From Gammaproteobacteria bacterium (lineage in GTDB: Bacteria > Pseudomonadota > Gammaproteobacteria > JBCCGL01), in assembly GCA_965277715.1 (NCBI GenBank), contig OZ255836.1, positions 4,096,001 through 4,160,000 on the forward strand: 64,000 nucleotides of DNA. The letters are read 5' to 3'. Each line of letters begins with the position of its first letter. Position 1 is the stretch's first letter. Under the pieces are notes generated by a model. The model did not search any database. It was not told the DNA's origin and worked only from the letters and a program-made list of their open reading frames with translations. This document shows positions 1 through 8,975 of this stretch, in pieces. A program made the translations under genes and the position numbers.

Positions 1-254
1 AGCCCCAACGACTGCTGGATAAAATTAATGGCCGTGCCACCAAGTGGTTTGCCGTTGGCCAGCGCGCCCGTGGCGTCGTTGGGCAGTGCGTTGACCCCGG
101 CAAACCAAGTACCACCGCAGCGTAACCACTTGGCATGTTGCGGTTCAGTCACTGCCTTGCGCGCCCACGGCAATGCGTGCCTAGCCCAGTCGGCCAGTAC
201 TGGGTCGTAGGCAAAACGGCACCAGCCTTGTTGGTAAAATGATGCGGCGTTCAT
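1..254 (-). CDS. Conserved hypothetical protein, N-terminal part (runs off the window)
   Basis: Manual translation from ATG at 254: MNAASFYQQGWCRFAYDPVLADW...WLRCGGTWFAGVNALPND. The frame is open to the window edge and co-oriented 43 bp downstream of the sulfotransferase-like gene. Not in the ORF track. Confidence 0.7.
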   Translation of the reverse strand, partial: MNAASFYQQGWCRFAYDPVLADWARHALPWARKAVTEPQHAKWLRCGGTWFAGVNALPNDATGALANGKPLGGTAINFIQQSLG

Positions 255-297
255 GTAGGTTATTTTATGCAAGAGGGGCGGGTAATTCAGCCTCGAC

Positions 298-1038
298 CTA
301 AAGGATCAAGCAATACCCCAACAATTTTTCATAAGCGGGCATTGCCGCCTCAAGTACAGCCAGAAGTGATTTATCCAGCGCATGACGGCTTGGCTGTTGT
401 TGGGGCTGTTGTTGGCCAAACCCGGTGGTCTGCCACACGTTGGCATACCAGTGTTCGCCCCAAATACCGTCGCTCTCACGTTGACCCGCTGGCCAGGAAA
501 GCATCGACGGGTAAAACGCGATAGAAAAATGGGCACACACGGCGTTTAAATACGCTTCGGGCCTGGCCAGAAAGTGCTGTGCATCAAAAATCAGCGGGGG
601 TTGCCCATGCAGTTCACTGACGGCTTCAAATAAGGCGAGTTGCTGGATAATGCCAATATCGCTTAGTGTGGCGTTTTCCCGTTTTTGTGAATACGACAAC
701 AGCACATCACGCGGGTGGCGGAGCAGAAAGCAGTGTTGCAGTTTCTCCAGCCAGGCGTTTGAATAGTGTGGCAGTACGTGATGGGTCATGTGTTTTTGGT
801 AGTAGATGGCATTGCCATCAGGCGCATCGGCAACACAGTGGTCGATAACCTTTTCCCAATCATTTTCGTAGTGTGCGAGTATTGCTGCACGCATGGGATG
901 GTCGAGGCCGGTATCGCGTAAGTAGGCGGCGTATAGCGGCTCATCCCAAACGGCACAATCCGGTCGGTTCTCCCAGGCGCGCATCATGGCGGTGGAGATA
1001 TTACGTGGCCCTGACCACATGGCAATATTGGTGGACAT
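298..1038 (-). CDS. P-loop sulfotransferase-like protein (aminotransferase IV-associated family)
   Basis: N-terminal IAMWSGPRNISTAMMR motif, DEPLY, YQKHMTHH, LLRHP and MLSWPAG motifs. Confidence 0.8.
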   Translation of the reverse strand: MSTNIAMWSGPRNISTAMMRAWENRPDCAVWDEPLYAAYLRDTGLDHPMRAAILAHYENDWEKVIDHCVADAPDGNAIYYQKHMTHHVLPHYSNAWLEKLQHCFLLRHPRDVLLSYSQKRENATLSDIGIIQQLALFEAVSELHGQPPLIFDAQHFLARPEAYLNAVCAHFSIAFYPSMLSWPAGQRESDGIWGEHWYANVWQTTGFGQQQPQQQPSRHALDKSLLAVLEAAMPAYEKLLGYCLIL

Positions 1039-1046
1039 CAGTGTGC

Positions 1047-1961
1047 CTACCGGGCAATTTCACGCTCTATAAGAGCGAGGTAGAGTGTCTGGATGCGCGC
1101 TACCATTGGCCCGCGTTCGCCGTCACCAATCGTGCGTCCGTCGATACATTTAACCGGCGCAACGCCTGCAAAGGTGCCGGTGACGAAAGATTCCTCGGCA
1201 CCGTAAACATCCGTTAAGCTGAAGTTCTTTTCAAATACCGGGATGTTGTTTTCCCGGCACACGCGAATGATATTGCCACGGGTAATGCCACCCAGGCAGT
1301 AGTCGCCGCTCGATGTCCACACTTCACCCTGGCGCACGATAAAAAAATGGGTCGAGTTGCAGGTGGCGACAAATCCGTGTGGATCCAGCATTAGCGCCTC
1401 ATCCGCCCCGGCTTTGGTGGCCTGAATGCAGGCGGTGATGCAGTTTAGTTTGCTGTGGCTGTTAAGTTTTGGGTCCTGCACATCAGGGTAGCCACGCCGT
1501 ACGTGCACGGTAAACAGTGAGATGCCCGCGCTCAGGGTCTCCGGCCTGGCCTGTTTGTACTCGGGAATAATGACGATAGTCGCTGGGCCGATGGTGACGC
1601 GTGGATCCTGGTAGGGCGTGGCTTTAACTCCACGACTGATCATCAGGCGAATATGCACACCCTCGTACATTGCGTTTGCCTTTAACACAGCGTCTATATT
1701 TGCGGTGAGTTGTGCTTTGCTTATCCCAATATCCAGGTCGATTGCTTTGGCGCCCTCATAAATGCGCTGCAGGTGCAAATCCATAAAGGCGACTTTGCCT
1801 TTGTGAACACGCAACCCCTCCCAGACACCATCACCCAGTACGAAACCACTGTCAAATACTGAGACAACGGCCTTGTCACGGGGGAACATTTCACCGTTGA
1901 TGGAAATTAAAATAGTGGCATTGCGCGGGTCGTCAAGGTAGTCGTGGGTGCCTTTGGCCAT
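1047..1961 (-). CDS. Class IV PLP-dependent aminotransferase (BCAT/DAAT-like)
   Basis: VSVFDSGFVLGDGVWEG, KLNSHSKLN (PLP lysine region), DEALMLD, CLGGITR. Confidence 0.9.
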   Translation of the reverse strand: MAKGTHDYLDDPRNATILISINGEMFPRDKAVVSVFDSGFVLGDGVWEGLRVHKGKVAFMDLHLQRIYEGAKAIDLDIGISKAQLTANIDAVLKANAMYEGVHIRLMISRGVKATPYQDPRVTIGPATIVIIPEYKQARPETLSAGISLFTVHVRRGYPDVQDPKLNSHSKLNCITACIQATKAGADEALMLDPHGFVATCNSTHFFIVRQGEVWTSSGDYCLGGITRGNIIRVCRENNIPVFEKNFSLTDVYGAEESFVTGTFAGVAPVKCIDGRTIGDGERGPMVARIQTLYLALIEREIAR

Positions 1962-1988
1962 GGTGTTCTCTGTGTTGGGTCGGTAGGG

Positions 1989-2684
1989 TTAGTGGCGTCG
2001 TTTGCTGACGACGTGTTTGAGCGGCGACAGGTTGATTTCGTCAATAACGGCGCGAGTGCCGGCATTTAGCATCAGCATAATGGCATCCACTACATCATCA
2101 ATATGCAGGGCATTGGTATCGTCATCGCCAGGGGTGAATGTTTGTTGGTCGAAAAAGTGGCTGCGTACCATGCCGGGGTTGATAATACCAACATGCACAT
2201 TGCGTGAGGCACACTCCTGGCGCAATGACTGGGCAAAGCCACGCAGGCCAAATTTTGCCGCGCAATATAAACTGCCTTGCTGACTTCCCGTTAGTGCCGC
2301 CTCTGACCCCATAAAAATAATGTTGCTGTGCGAGCGCTTTTTCAGGCCGCTGATAAATGTGCGGGCAAGCAGTAAATGGCTGGTCAGGTTTTGTGCAATG
2401 GATTGTTCGATTTGTGTGGGTGAGAAGTTTTCCAGGCAACCGAACTGGCCGCCCCCTGCGATGCTGATAATTGCATCGATATCCGGGTGTTTTTTGGCGG
2501 TGGCCAGCAGGTGTTTGCTGGTACTGGGGGCTGCCAGGTCAATCGAAACAGGTGTTAGCGATGGGTGCTGGATGGGTATCCCGCGCCGTGCAATGCCGAC
2601 TACGCGGTGCCCCTGGTTGAGCAGGTGTTGTGTTGCTGCCAGGCCTATACCCGAGCTGGCTCCAGTGACGATAATATTACGCAT
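1989..2684 (-). CDS. SDR family oxidoreductase
   Basis: TGASSGIG cofactor motif and YCAAK catalytic motif. Start re-called to ATG 2684, which overlaps the upstream stop. Confidence 0.9.
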   Translation of the reverse strand: MRNIIVTGASSGIGLAATQHLLNQGHRVVGIARRGIPIQHPSLTPVSIDLAAPSTSKHLLATAKKHPDIDAIISIAGGGQFGCLENFSPTQIEQSIAQNLTSHLLLARTFISGLKKRSHSNIIFMGSEAALTGSQQGSLYCAAKFGLRGFAQSLRQECASRNVHVGIINPGMVRSHFFDQQTFTPGDDDTNALHIDDVVDAIMLMLNAGTRAVIDEINLSPLKHVVSKRRH

Positions 2685-3681
2685 CGGCAGGGTCGGCGGC
2701 GACAAATAATGTGCTTTCGGGGATATAGTGCAGGAGTTGTTGCCGACACCAGTCGAGCATTTCCCGCTCCAGTTCACGCGGGTATCCCGCTTGTTTATCC
2801 TGCACGGTTATTTTTGCGGCGAAGAGTGGTTCTTCCGGGTAGAGCGAAACCACTTTGCGAAAGAAGTGTTGCGGCAAACGAAATGCACCGAGGCTGGTGG
2901 AGTGAATGGTATCGGCATCGAGTTGTGAAAACACCTGCGAAAACAGTGCCTGGTAGGACTGCCGGTATTCCTGCGCATAAATCACCGGGTCAAAGCGCAA
3001 GCCAATCGGCCAGCCGGCTTTTTGCAGTGTTTTGAGTGCCTCCAGGCGTTTGCTTAGGGAGGGGGTTTTGTGTTCCAGCGCCTGGACTATATCATTTGGG
3101 TTGAGGCTGTAAGCCACTACGCAGTTTTGCATGGGGGGGTGTTTTAGCAGGGTGCGGATTTGGGTGCTTTTGGTACGCAGCTCAAGTTGTGCCTGTGGGC
3201 GTTGTCGAAAAAAATCCAGTGTCTCTCCGACAAAGTTACTCAGCGGTTCGAGTGCCAATGAGTCGCAATCGTAGCCGGAGAAAAACCACACGGGTTGATT
3301 TGGGTGTTGCGCCATGACGGTGTCGATACCCTGGTAAAAATCCTCATAGTTGACAAAAACCACGTAGTGGCCCGAGCGGTACATGCCCTGCAAAAAACAG
3401 TAGCGGCAGTCGTATACACAGTTCAGCATATGTGAAAAGTAGTAGTTGTACTGACCACCGATACCGTAACCCAGTGGGGTTGGCAGTACGGTTTGTCCGT
3501 GTTTGCTGGCGAGAATCAGCGAGGGTTTTATTTTTTGCAGGCGAAAATTTTGGGCGTTGCGGTTAAATACTTCGGTATATCGCTCGCAGTCAATGCGGCG
3601 CACCTGCGGGAAGCGCGCAAGAATGCGCCGGGTGCGCGGGTGATCGGCAACGGATGCCTCGATATATAGTGTGTCGATCAC
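2677..3681 (-). CDS. Spore photoproduct lyase-like radical SAM protein
   Basis: CVYDCRYC (CX3CX2C), DSLALEP, ELRTKS, EHKTPSLSKRL and GLRFDPVI motifs typical of the SplB-like family. Confidence 0.85.
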   Translation of the reverse strand: MIDTLYIEASVADHPRTRRILARFPQVRRIDCERYTEVFNRNAQNFRLQKIKPSLILASKHGQTVLPTPLGYGIGGQYNYYFSHMLNCVYDCRYCFLQGMYRSGHYVVFVNYEDFYQGIDTVMAQHPNQPVWFFSGYDCDSLALEPLSNFVGETLDFFRQRPQAQLELRTKSTQIRTLLKHPPMQNCVVAYSLNPNDIVQALEHKTPSLSKRLEALKTLQKAGWPIGLRFDPVIYAQEYRQSYQALFSQVFSQLDADTIHSTSLGAFRLPQHFFRKVVSLYPEEPLFAAKITVQDKQAGYPRELEREMLDWCRQQLLHYIPESTLFVAADPADA

Positions 3682-4547
3682 GCTGAACCCGTTCGGTATA
3701 GGTAGCTGGGGGTCAGCGCCTCGACGTGTTGACGCAGTGTGTCAATGGCTTCGCGTGTGTTGCCGGGTGCCTGCAAAAATGCTGTGGGTAATACGGTGTC
3801 GGCAGTCAAGGTACGCCAGCGGCGCAACAAATCCAGGCATTGTCTGCGTTGTGTTACCGTGAAGTGTAGGTGTTGCAGGCATTCGGGGAGGGTCACCGCG
3901 TCAACGGGCAGATGCCGGGCGAGCTCACGCAATTGGTCAGCGGTATGCTGTATCAGATCGGTGGTGTTTGTCATCCATTGGCTTGTCTGAGAGGCGGTGA
4001 TATGTTCATGTGAATGGTGTTCGTTATCGGATATCACTTTTATTGAATGCACCAGCTCAGCGGTGGTGTAGCGGTTGGCGATAGCAAAAAATGCGCTGGC
4101 TTCCCTGTCGAGTGCGGTATTTTTGGGGTAGTGGGCGCTGACTGTGTCAACGCTTAAGATCGCTTCACTGCGGCACGCGGGCTTAAATACGATAGGTGGA
4201 TACCATTTTTGCCCACTGCTGGCGTCTTCAATGGCGTGCGCTATCAGTGTATCCCCCAGTGCCAGTGTCGTGTGCCCGGCGATGCCGGTATTGATCCATA
4301 TCGCTGTTTGTGGAGCGCACAGGTTGTGCAAATGTGCGCAGGCCGCCGCCGCGTTGACCTTGCCAATACCGCTGACAATCAGGCTGGTTTTTTCATTATG
4401 TCGGCCACCTTTGCCGTCTTTATGGGGGCTGTGGTAAACCGGGAATGCGCGGCTATGGGTATTGCGTTGCATACGCCAATGATCAATTAACGGGCGCGCC
4501 TCACAGGGCAGGGCGGTGACGATAAGTACTTCGGTTTGGGGGGCCAC
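3678..4547 (-). CDS. Nucleoside phosphorylase / MTA-SAH nucleosidase-like protein
   Basis: IVTALPCEARP, SGIGKVNAAAA, INTGIAG, DREASAF (DME-like) and KVISDN motifs. Start re-called to GTG 4547. Confidence 0.8.
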   Translation of the reverse strand: MAPQTEVLIVTALPCEARPLIDHWRMQRNTHSRAFPVYHSPHKDGKGGRHNEKTSLIVSGIGKVNAAAACAHLHNLCAPQTAIWINTGIAGHTTLALGDTLIAHAIEDASSGQKWYPPIVFKPACRSEAILSVDTVSAHYPKNTALDREASAFFAIANRYTTAELVHSIKVISDNEHHSHEHITASQTSQWMTNTTDLIQHTADQLRELARHLPVDAVTLPECLQHLHFTVTQRRQCLDLLRRWRTLTADTVLPTAFLQAPGNTREAIDTLRQHVEALTPSYLYRTGSA

Positions 4548-4563
4548 GCTGCGTTTTTGGCCC

Positions 4564-5118
4564 TTACGCGTGGCCAGCGACAGTCGATAGCTGCATGAGG
4601 TCGATACCCAGCGTTGCGGCGGCGGCGTTGAGTTTTTTTTCGCTGCCGACATTAAAAATAATTTCAGGGTTGGCCTGGCAGGTGAGCCACTGGTTTTGCT
4701 GGAGCTCGTGTTCGAGTTGCCCGGCTGTCCAGCCTGTGTAGCCGAGTACAACAATGGCCTGTTTGGGGCCACTGCCGTTTGCCAGTGACTCGAGTACTTC
4801 ACGTGAGCTGGTGAGGGTGACGCCTTTGCCTGTGCGGATTGAATTGCTCCAGGCAACATCGGATGAGTGCAATACGAAGCCGTGCTCTTGATCTACCGGC
4901 CCGCCCAGGTAAGCCGGGTGGTGGGCGATTTCGTGGTCGTTTGAGGCAATATTCATCTGTGCGAATATTTCACCGACAGTCAGGTTGATTTTACGGTTGA
5001 TTACTAACCCCATAGCGCCGTTTTGGCTATGCTCACAGATGTAGGTGAGTGAGTGTGCGAAAAAACTCGTCTCTGGCACGTGGGGCATCGACAGTAGGAA
5101 GTGGTGTTTAAGTTGCAT
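4564..5118 (-). CDS. yqgE: YqgE/AlgH family protein
   Basis: YICEH..GAMGLVINR, GGPV, GFVLH, LGYTGW..GQLE and C-terminal AGHA. Confidence 0.95.
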   Translation of the reverse strand: MQLKHHFLLSMPHVPETSFFAHSLTYICEHSQNGAMGLVINRKINLTVGEIFAQMNIASNDHEIAHHPAYLGGPVDQEHGFVLHSSDVAWSNSIRTGKGVTLTSSREVLESLANGSGPKQAIVVLGYTGWTAGQLEHELQQNQWLTCQANPEIIFNVGSEKKLNAAAATLGIDLMQLSTVAGHA

Positions 5119-5159
5119 ACGCTTAGTTTAGCTGCCTTGAATGCCCGATGCACCCACAG

Positions 5160-6050
5160 TCAGTGTGTGGACAGGTGTTGTCGGCTGGAAAATTCCCAGG
5201 TGCGGGTGATATACAATACATCGATCTGCTCGGCGAGTTTGCCGGTCAGTGGGGCAAAGGGCGCTGACAGTTTGACGATATTGCGTGCCGCATCGTCGAG
5301 CAGTTGGTGGCCAGATGAATCTCGCAGGATCAGTTCATTGATAGAGCCGTTTTTATTGATGCCTACCACGAGAATCAGTGAGCCTGAGAGTTTGTCCCGG
5401 CGTGCAGCATCTGGGTAATTCAAGTTGCCGATGCGCTCTATTTTACGCACCCATTTATGCATATAAGCGGCGAAAAGTGCTTCTTTGGTGCGTGCGGTAA
5501 TAAATTTCTTTTTTGGTCGTTTGGCATATTGTTCCAGTTCCTGGCTAATTTCGGCGCTGAGCCGGGCGATTTCGAGGTTTTGTTCGTTGACCTGATCGCT
5601 GGCGTGCTTTTTTGGGGTATCAGCCTGTTGCGGTTTATCACTTTGTTGTACCGGTTGTTCAGCGGCAAGTTGCGTTAATAAGCGTTGTTGTGCCTCAGCT
5701 TGCTGGCGTGGCGAAGCGGCAACCAATGGAATGGGCGCAATGCCATCGCCAGTAATCTTCTCTGGTGTTGTGAAAGGTGTTTGTGGCCGATTGCGTTGAT
5801 CGCTCTGGCCACCGCCGTCCTGTGATACCTGTGCCAGGTAATCGGCTTCTTCAGGGGGCTGTGAATTTTGGTTCTGCACTAAAATAACATCCAGTAGTGG
5901 GGAGGGCTGAGGTTTATCGCTGATCGATTGAAACCCCACACCGAGGATGATAATGCCATGCAGTGCGGCAGCCATAAAGAGTGTCAGGCCAAGCCTGTCA
6001 TTGGTAGTGGTCAGGGGATAATTTGGCAGGGTGAGTGTGTGCTCAGGCAT
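5160..6050 (-). CDS. tonB: Energy transducer TonB family protein (TonB3-like)
   Basis: N-terminal TM helix with His, C-terminal KIERIGNLNYP...SSG..LLDDAA..APFAP...ITRTW. Lies in the usual gshB-tonB-yqgE context. Confidence 0.85.
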   Translation of the reverse strand: MPEHTLTLPNYPLTTTNDRLGLTLFMAAALHGIIILGVGFQSISDKPQPSPLLDVILVQNQNSQPPEEADYLAQVSQDGGGQSDQRNRPQTPFTTPEKITGDGIAPIPLVAASPRQQAEAQQRLLTQLAAEQPVQQSDKPQQADTPKKHASDQVNEQNLEIARLSAEISQELEQYAKRPKKKFITARTKEALFAAYMHKWVRKIERIGNLNYPDAARRDKLSGSLILVVGINKNGSINELILRDSSGHQLLDDAARNIVKLSAPFAPLTGKLAEQIDVLYITRTWEFSSRQHLSTH

Positions 6051-6259
6051 GGCGCGTGATTATAGCGTGCTTGTCTTTAATTAATCAGCTAAACCTATTG
6101 TGAACGTCTAATGCATTGAATATAAAGCGCTTTAGATTCTGTGCATTAGGTGGTCGCAGTAGATTCAACTGCGGAATTTAGGTTTAAATGTTCTCGCTAC
6201 AATTTGACTGATACTATATCGGGTGTGTGCCAGGTTCCTGCGCCAGTTGTCGGTTGTTT

Positions 6260-7234
6260 TCATTTTTGCCGACTATGTAGTTGCCGTTCAATGGCATCCA
6301 TCAGTTGCCCACCGATATTCAATGCGTGGGCCGCATCCAGCTCGCGAATACAGGTCGGGCTGGTGACGTTGATTTCAGTCAGGTAGTCGCCAATGACATC
6401 GATACCGACAAATAACAGTCCGCGAGCGCGCAGTGCGGGGGCAAGCTCGGCGCAAATCCAACGTTCGCGCTCACTCAACGGAACAGCGACGCCAGAACCA
6501 CCAACCGCCAGGTTACCACGGGTTTCACCTGCTGGCGGGATCCGCGCCAGTGCGTAGGGAACGGGTTCGCCATCAATCAATAGTATGCGTTTGTCGCCCG
6601 CAGTGATTTCAGGAATATAGGCTTGCGCCATCGTTTGGCGGAGGTTTTTACGTGTGAGTGTTTCCAATACTACATTGAGGTTTGGGTCGTCGCTGCGCAA
6701 CCGGAAGATGGATTCGCCACCCATACCATCGAGCGGTTTGACGATGACATCATGCTGCGCTAATACAAAGGCTTTCAGGCGCGCCTGGCTGCTGCTGACC
6801 AGTGTGGGTACACAGCACTGGGGAAACCAGGCTGTGCTGAGTTTTTCGTTGGCATCGCGCAGGCTGGCCGGTTTGTTGACAACGAGTGCGCCACGGGTTT
6901 CGGCCAGTTCGAGGATATACGTGGCATAGATATAGTCCATATCAAACGGTGGGTCTTTGCGCATCAAAATCACATCCAGGCTATGCAGTTCCCGCTCAAC
7001 GCCGACGCTGAGCTGGTGCCAGTCATCATCGCTATCCGCAACCTGCATCGCTTGTGTGTACGCCATTGCCACGCCATCGCTCAGGTATAGATCGGCTTGA
7101 GTCATATAGTGCAGTGCCCATCCTTTATGCTGCGCTGCGCGTAGCATCGCCACGCTGCTGTCTTTGTAGGCGCTGATGGTCTCGATTGGGTCCATTACGA
7201 TACCGAGTTGAACAGGGTTGAGTGATGCGGGCAT
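6260..7234 (-). CDS. gshB: Glutathione synthetase
   Basis: IVMDPI..KDSS, MRKDPPFD, KPLDGMGG, RGNLAVGG, TEINVTSPT. Confidence 0.97.
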   Translation of the reverse strand: MPASLNPVQLGIVMDPIETISAYKDSSVAMLRAAQHKGWALHYMTQADLYLSDGVAMAYTQAMQVADSDDDWHQLSVGVERELHSLDVILMRKDPPFDMDYIYATYILELAETRGALVVNKPASLRDANEKLSTAWFPQCCVPTLVSSSQARLKAFVLAQHDVIVKPLDGMGGESIFRLRSDDPNLNVVLETLTRKNLRQTMAQAYIPEITAGDKRILLIDGEPVPYALARIPPAGETRGNLAVGGSGVAVPLSERERWICAELAPALRARGLLFVGIDVIGDYLTEINVTSPTCIRELDAAHALNIGGQLMDAIERQLHSRQK

Positions 7235-7461
7235 GGGGCCTCCAGTAAACGCTGTTGGGCAGCGGTGGTATCCTCGTACTTAGCCAAATTTAAATCAATG
7301 CCAAAATTTGCTGCGTTCTTCCATATTAGTATATGTGTCAGCGCTGGGATAGATTACAATGCAGAAGAGTGCTGCACTGCAAAGCTCACTAAATTTGTGG
7401 CTAAGTGGCATATCTACGTGTAGGTGCCCGTGGTTAAATAATTGGACTGATTGCTTTAGAT

Positions 7462-7869
7462 ATGAGTGAGAATATCGATACTGTAGAAAGTAAAAGCGCG
7501 TTTGCCGATTTGACTGTAATGGTTATTGACGACAGTAAAACGATTCGTCGCTCGGCAGAAAACCTGCTAACCCGCGAGGGTTGCACCGTGATTACCGCTG
7601 AAGATGGTTTTGAGGCGCTGGCAAAAATTGCCGAGCACAAACCGGATATTATCTTTGTCGATGTCATGATGCCCCGTCTCGATGGTTACCAGACCTGCGC
7701 GTTGATTAAGCACAACAGTACCTTTCGCAGCACGCCCGTTATTATGTTGTCCAGTAAGGATAGTATTTTTGATAAGGCACGCGGTAAGATTGTCGGCTCG
7801 GAGCGTTATCTCACCAAGCCGTTTACCCGGGATGATCTCCTTGGGGCGATCAAAACCTACGTTAGCTGA
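7462..7869 (+). CDS. pilG: Twitching motility response regulator PilG
   Basis: VMVIDDSKTIRR, DVMMPRLDGYQTCALIK, MLSSKD..FDKARG. Divergent from gshB. Confidence 0.95.
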   Translation: MSENIDTVESKSAFADLTVMVIDDSKTIRRSAENLLTREGCTVITAEDGFEALAKIAEHKPDIIFVDVMMPRLDGYQTCALIKHNSTFRSTPVIMLSSKDSIFDKARGKIVGSERYLTKPFTRDDLLGAIKTYVS

Positions 7870-7964
7870 TGTTGTCGGCTGGCCTTGTGAACCCGTGAGG
7901 TGCCTGCCCTGGTTTCACTGGATATAATTATTATAATGATGCAATTAATCTGGAGCTTAACTCA

Positions 7965-8330
7965 ATGACCACTGTTCTTGTCGTCGATGATTCGCCCACC
8001 GAAGTGCATGTTTTTCGGTCTACGCTTGAGAAACATGGTTATAGAGTGGAAGTGGCGACTACGGGTGAAGAGGGTTTAAAGTCGGCCAAACATTTCAAAC
8101 CGGATGTCATCCTGATGGATGTGGTGATGCCAGGTATCAATGGTTTTCAGGCTACCCGTCAGTTGAGCAAATACCCCAGTACCAGTGAAATCCCGATTAT
8201 TCTGGTGACCACAAAAGATCAGGAAACTGACCGGGTGTGGGGTATGCGCCAGGGTGCCAGCGACTATCTGGTCAAGCCTGTACGGGAAAAAGAGCTGCTC
8301 AGCACCCTGCAATCGGTGCTGGTTGAATAG
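7965..8330 (+). CDS. pilH: Twitching motility response regulator PilH
   Basis: VDDSPTE, MDVVMPGINGFQATRQL, TTKDQETDRVWGMRQGA. Confidence 0.95.
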   Translation: MTTVLVVDDSPTEVHVFRSTLEKHGYRVEVATTGEEGLKSAKHFKPDVILMDVVMPGINGFQATRQLSKYPSTSEIPIILVTTKDQETDRVWGMRQGASDYLVKPVREKELLSTLQSVLVE

Positions 8331-8353
8331 CGGCCAGCCTGTGTAACTGCGTT

Positions 8354-8896
8354 ATGCCCGCCAGTCAATCCCCGTTCGGCCTTCTGTTATCTTACCAGCA
8401 ACGCGCTCTGGCGATTCGTGCAGATATTCCCCAGGAAAACAGTGAGCGTGAGGTGTGGTCGGGTTTGGCGTTTCGCTTGGGGGAGCAGGTTTTATTGGCA
8501 CCAATGGTAGAGGTTGAAGAGATTGTCGACGCGCCTGTCTGTACACGGGTACCCAATACCCAGCCCTGGTTTTTAGGCATTGGGAATGTTAGGGGCAATT
8601 TGGTTGCGGTAAGTGATTTGTACGCATTTGCCTATCGGGCGGGTATGCTGGACAGGCGCGAATCACGCGTGCTTATCTGTAGTAGTGGCGATTCGACCAT
8701 TGGCATTGTCGTCGACGAGATATTGGGTTTGCGGCGGTTTTTTGTTGATGAAAAAGTGCGCTATAAAGGCGGGGTGTCTGAGGTTTTGCTGCCCTTTATC
8801 AAGAGCGCATTCGAACGTGAGCAACAAATCTATCCGCTGTTTCAGTTACAGCAGTTTATAAACAGTAGTAATTTTTTACGGGTTGAGAAAGCATAA
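8354..8896 (+). CDS. pilI: CheW-like adaptor PilI
   Basis: TRVPNTQPWFLGIGNVRGNL CheW motif; operon position. Confidence 0.9.
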   Translation: MPASQSPFGLLLSYQQRALAIRADIPQENSEREVWSGLAFRLGEQVLLAPMVEVEEIVDAPVCTRVPNTQPWFLGIGNVRGNLVAVSDLYAFAYRAGMLDRRESRVLICSSGDSTIGIVVDEILGLRRFFVDEKVRYKGGVSEVLLPFIKSAFEREQQIYPLFQLQQFINSSNFLRVEKA

Positions 8897-8975
8897 TGGG
8901 TGATTTTGTCTTGGCTTCAGTCAATGTTAAGGCGTCGCTGGGGTCAGCCCGGCGCAATGAGTGGGGAAAGCCACT

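Noticed and set aside
4548-4859. N-terminal extension of the 393-aa ORF
   Set aside because: It overlaps yqgE in another frame; nucleosidase similarity begins only at about 4547.
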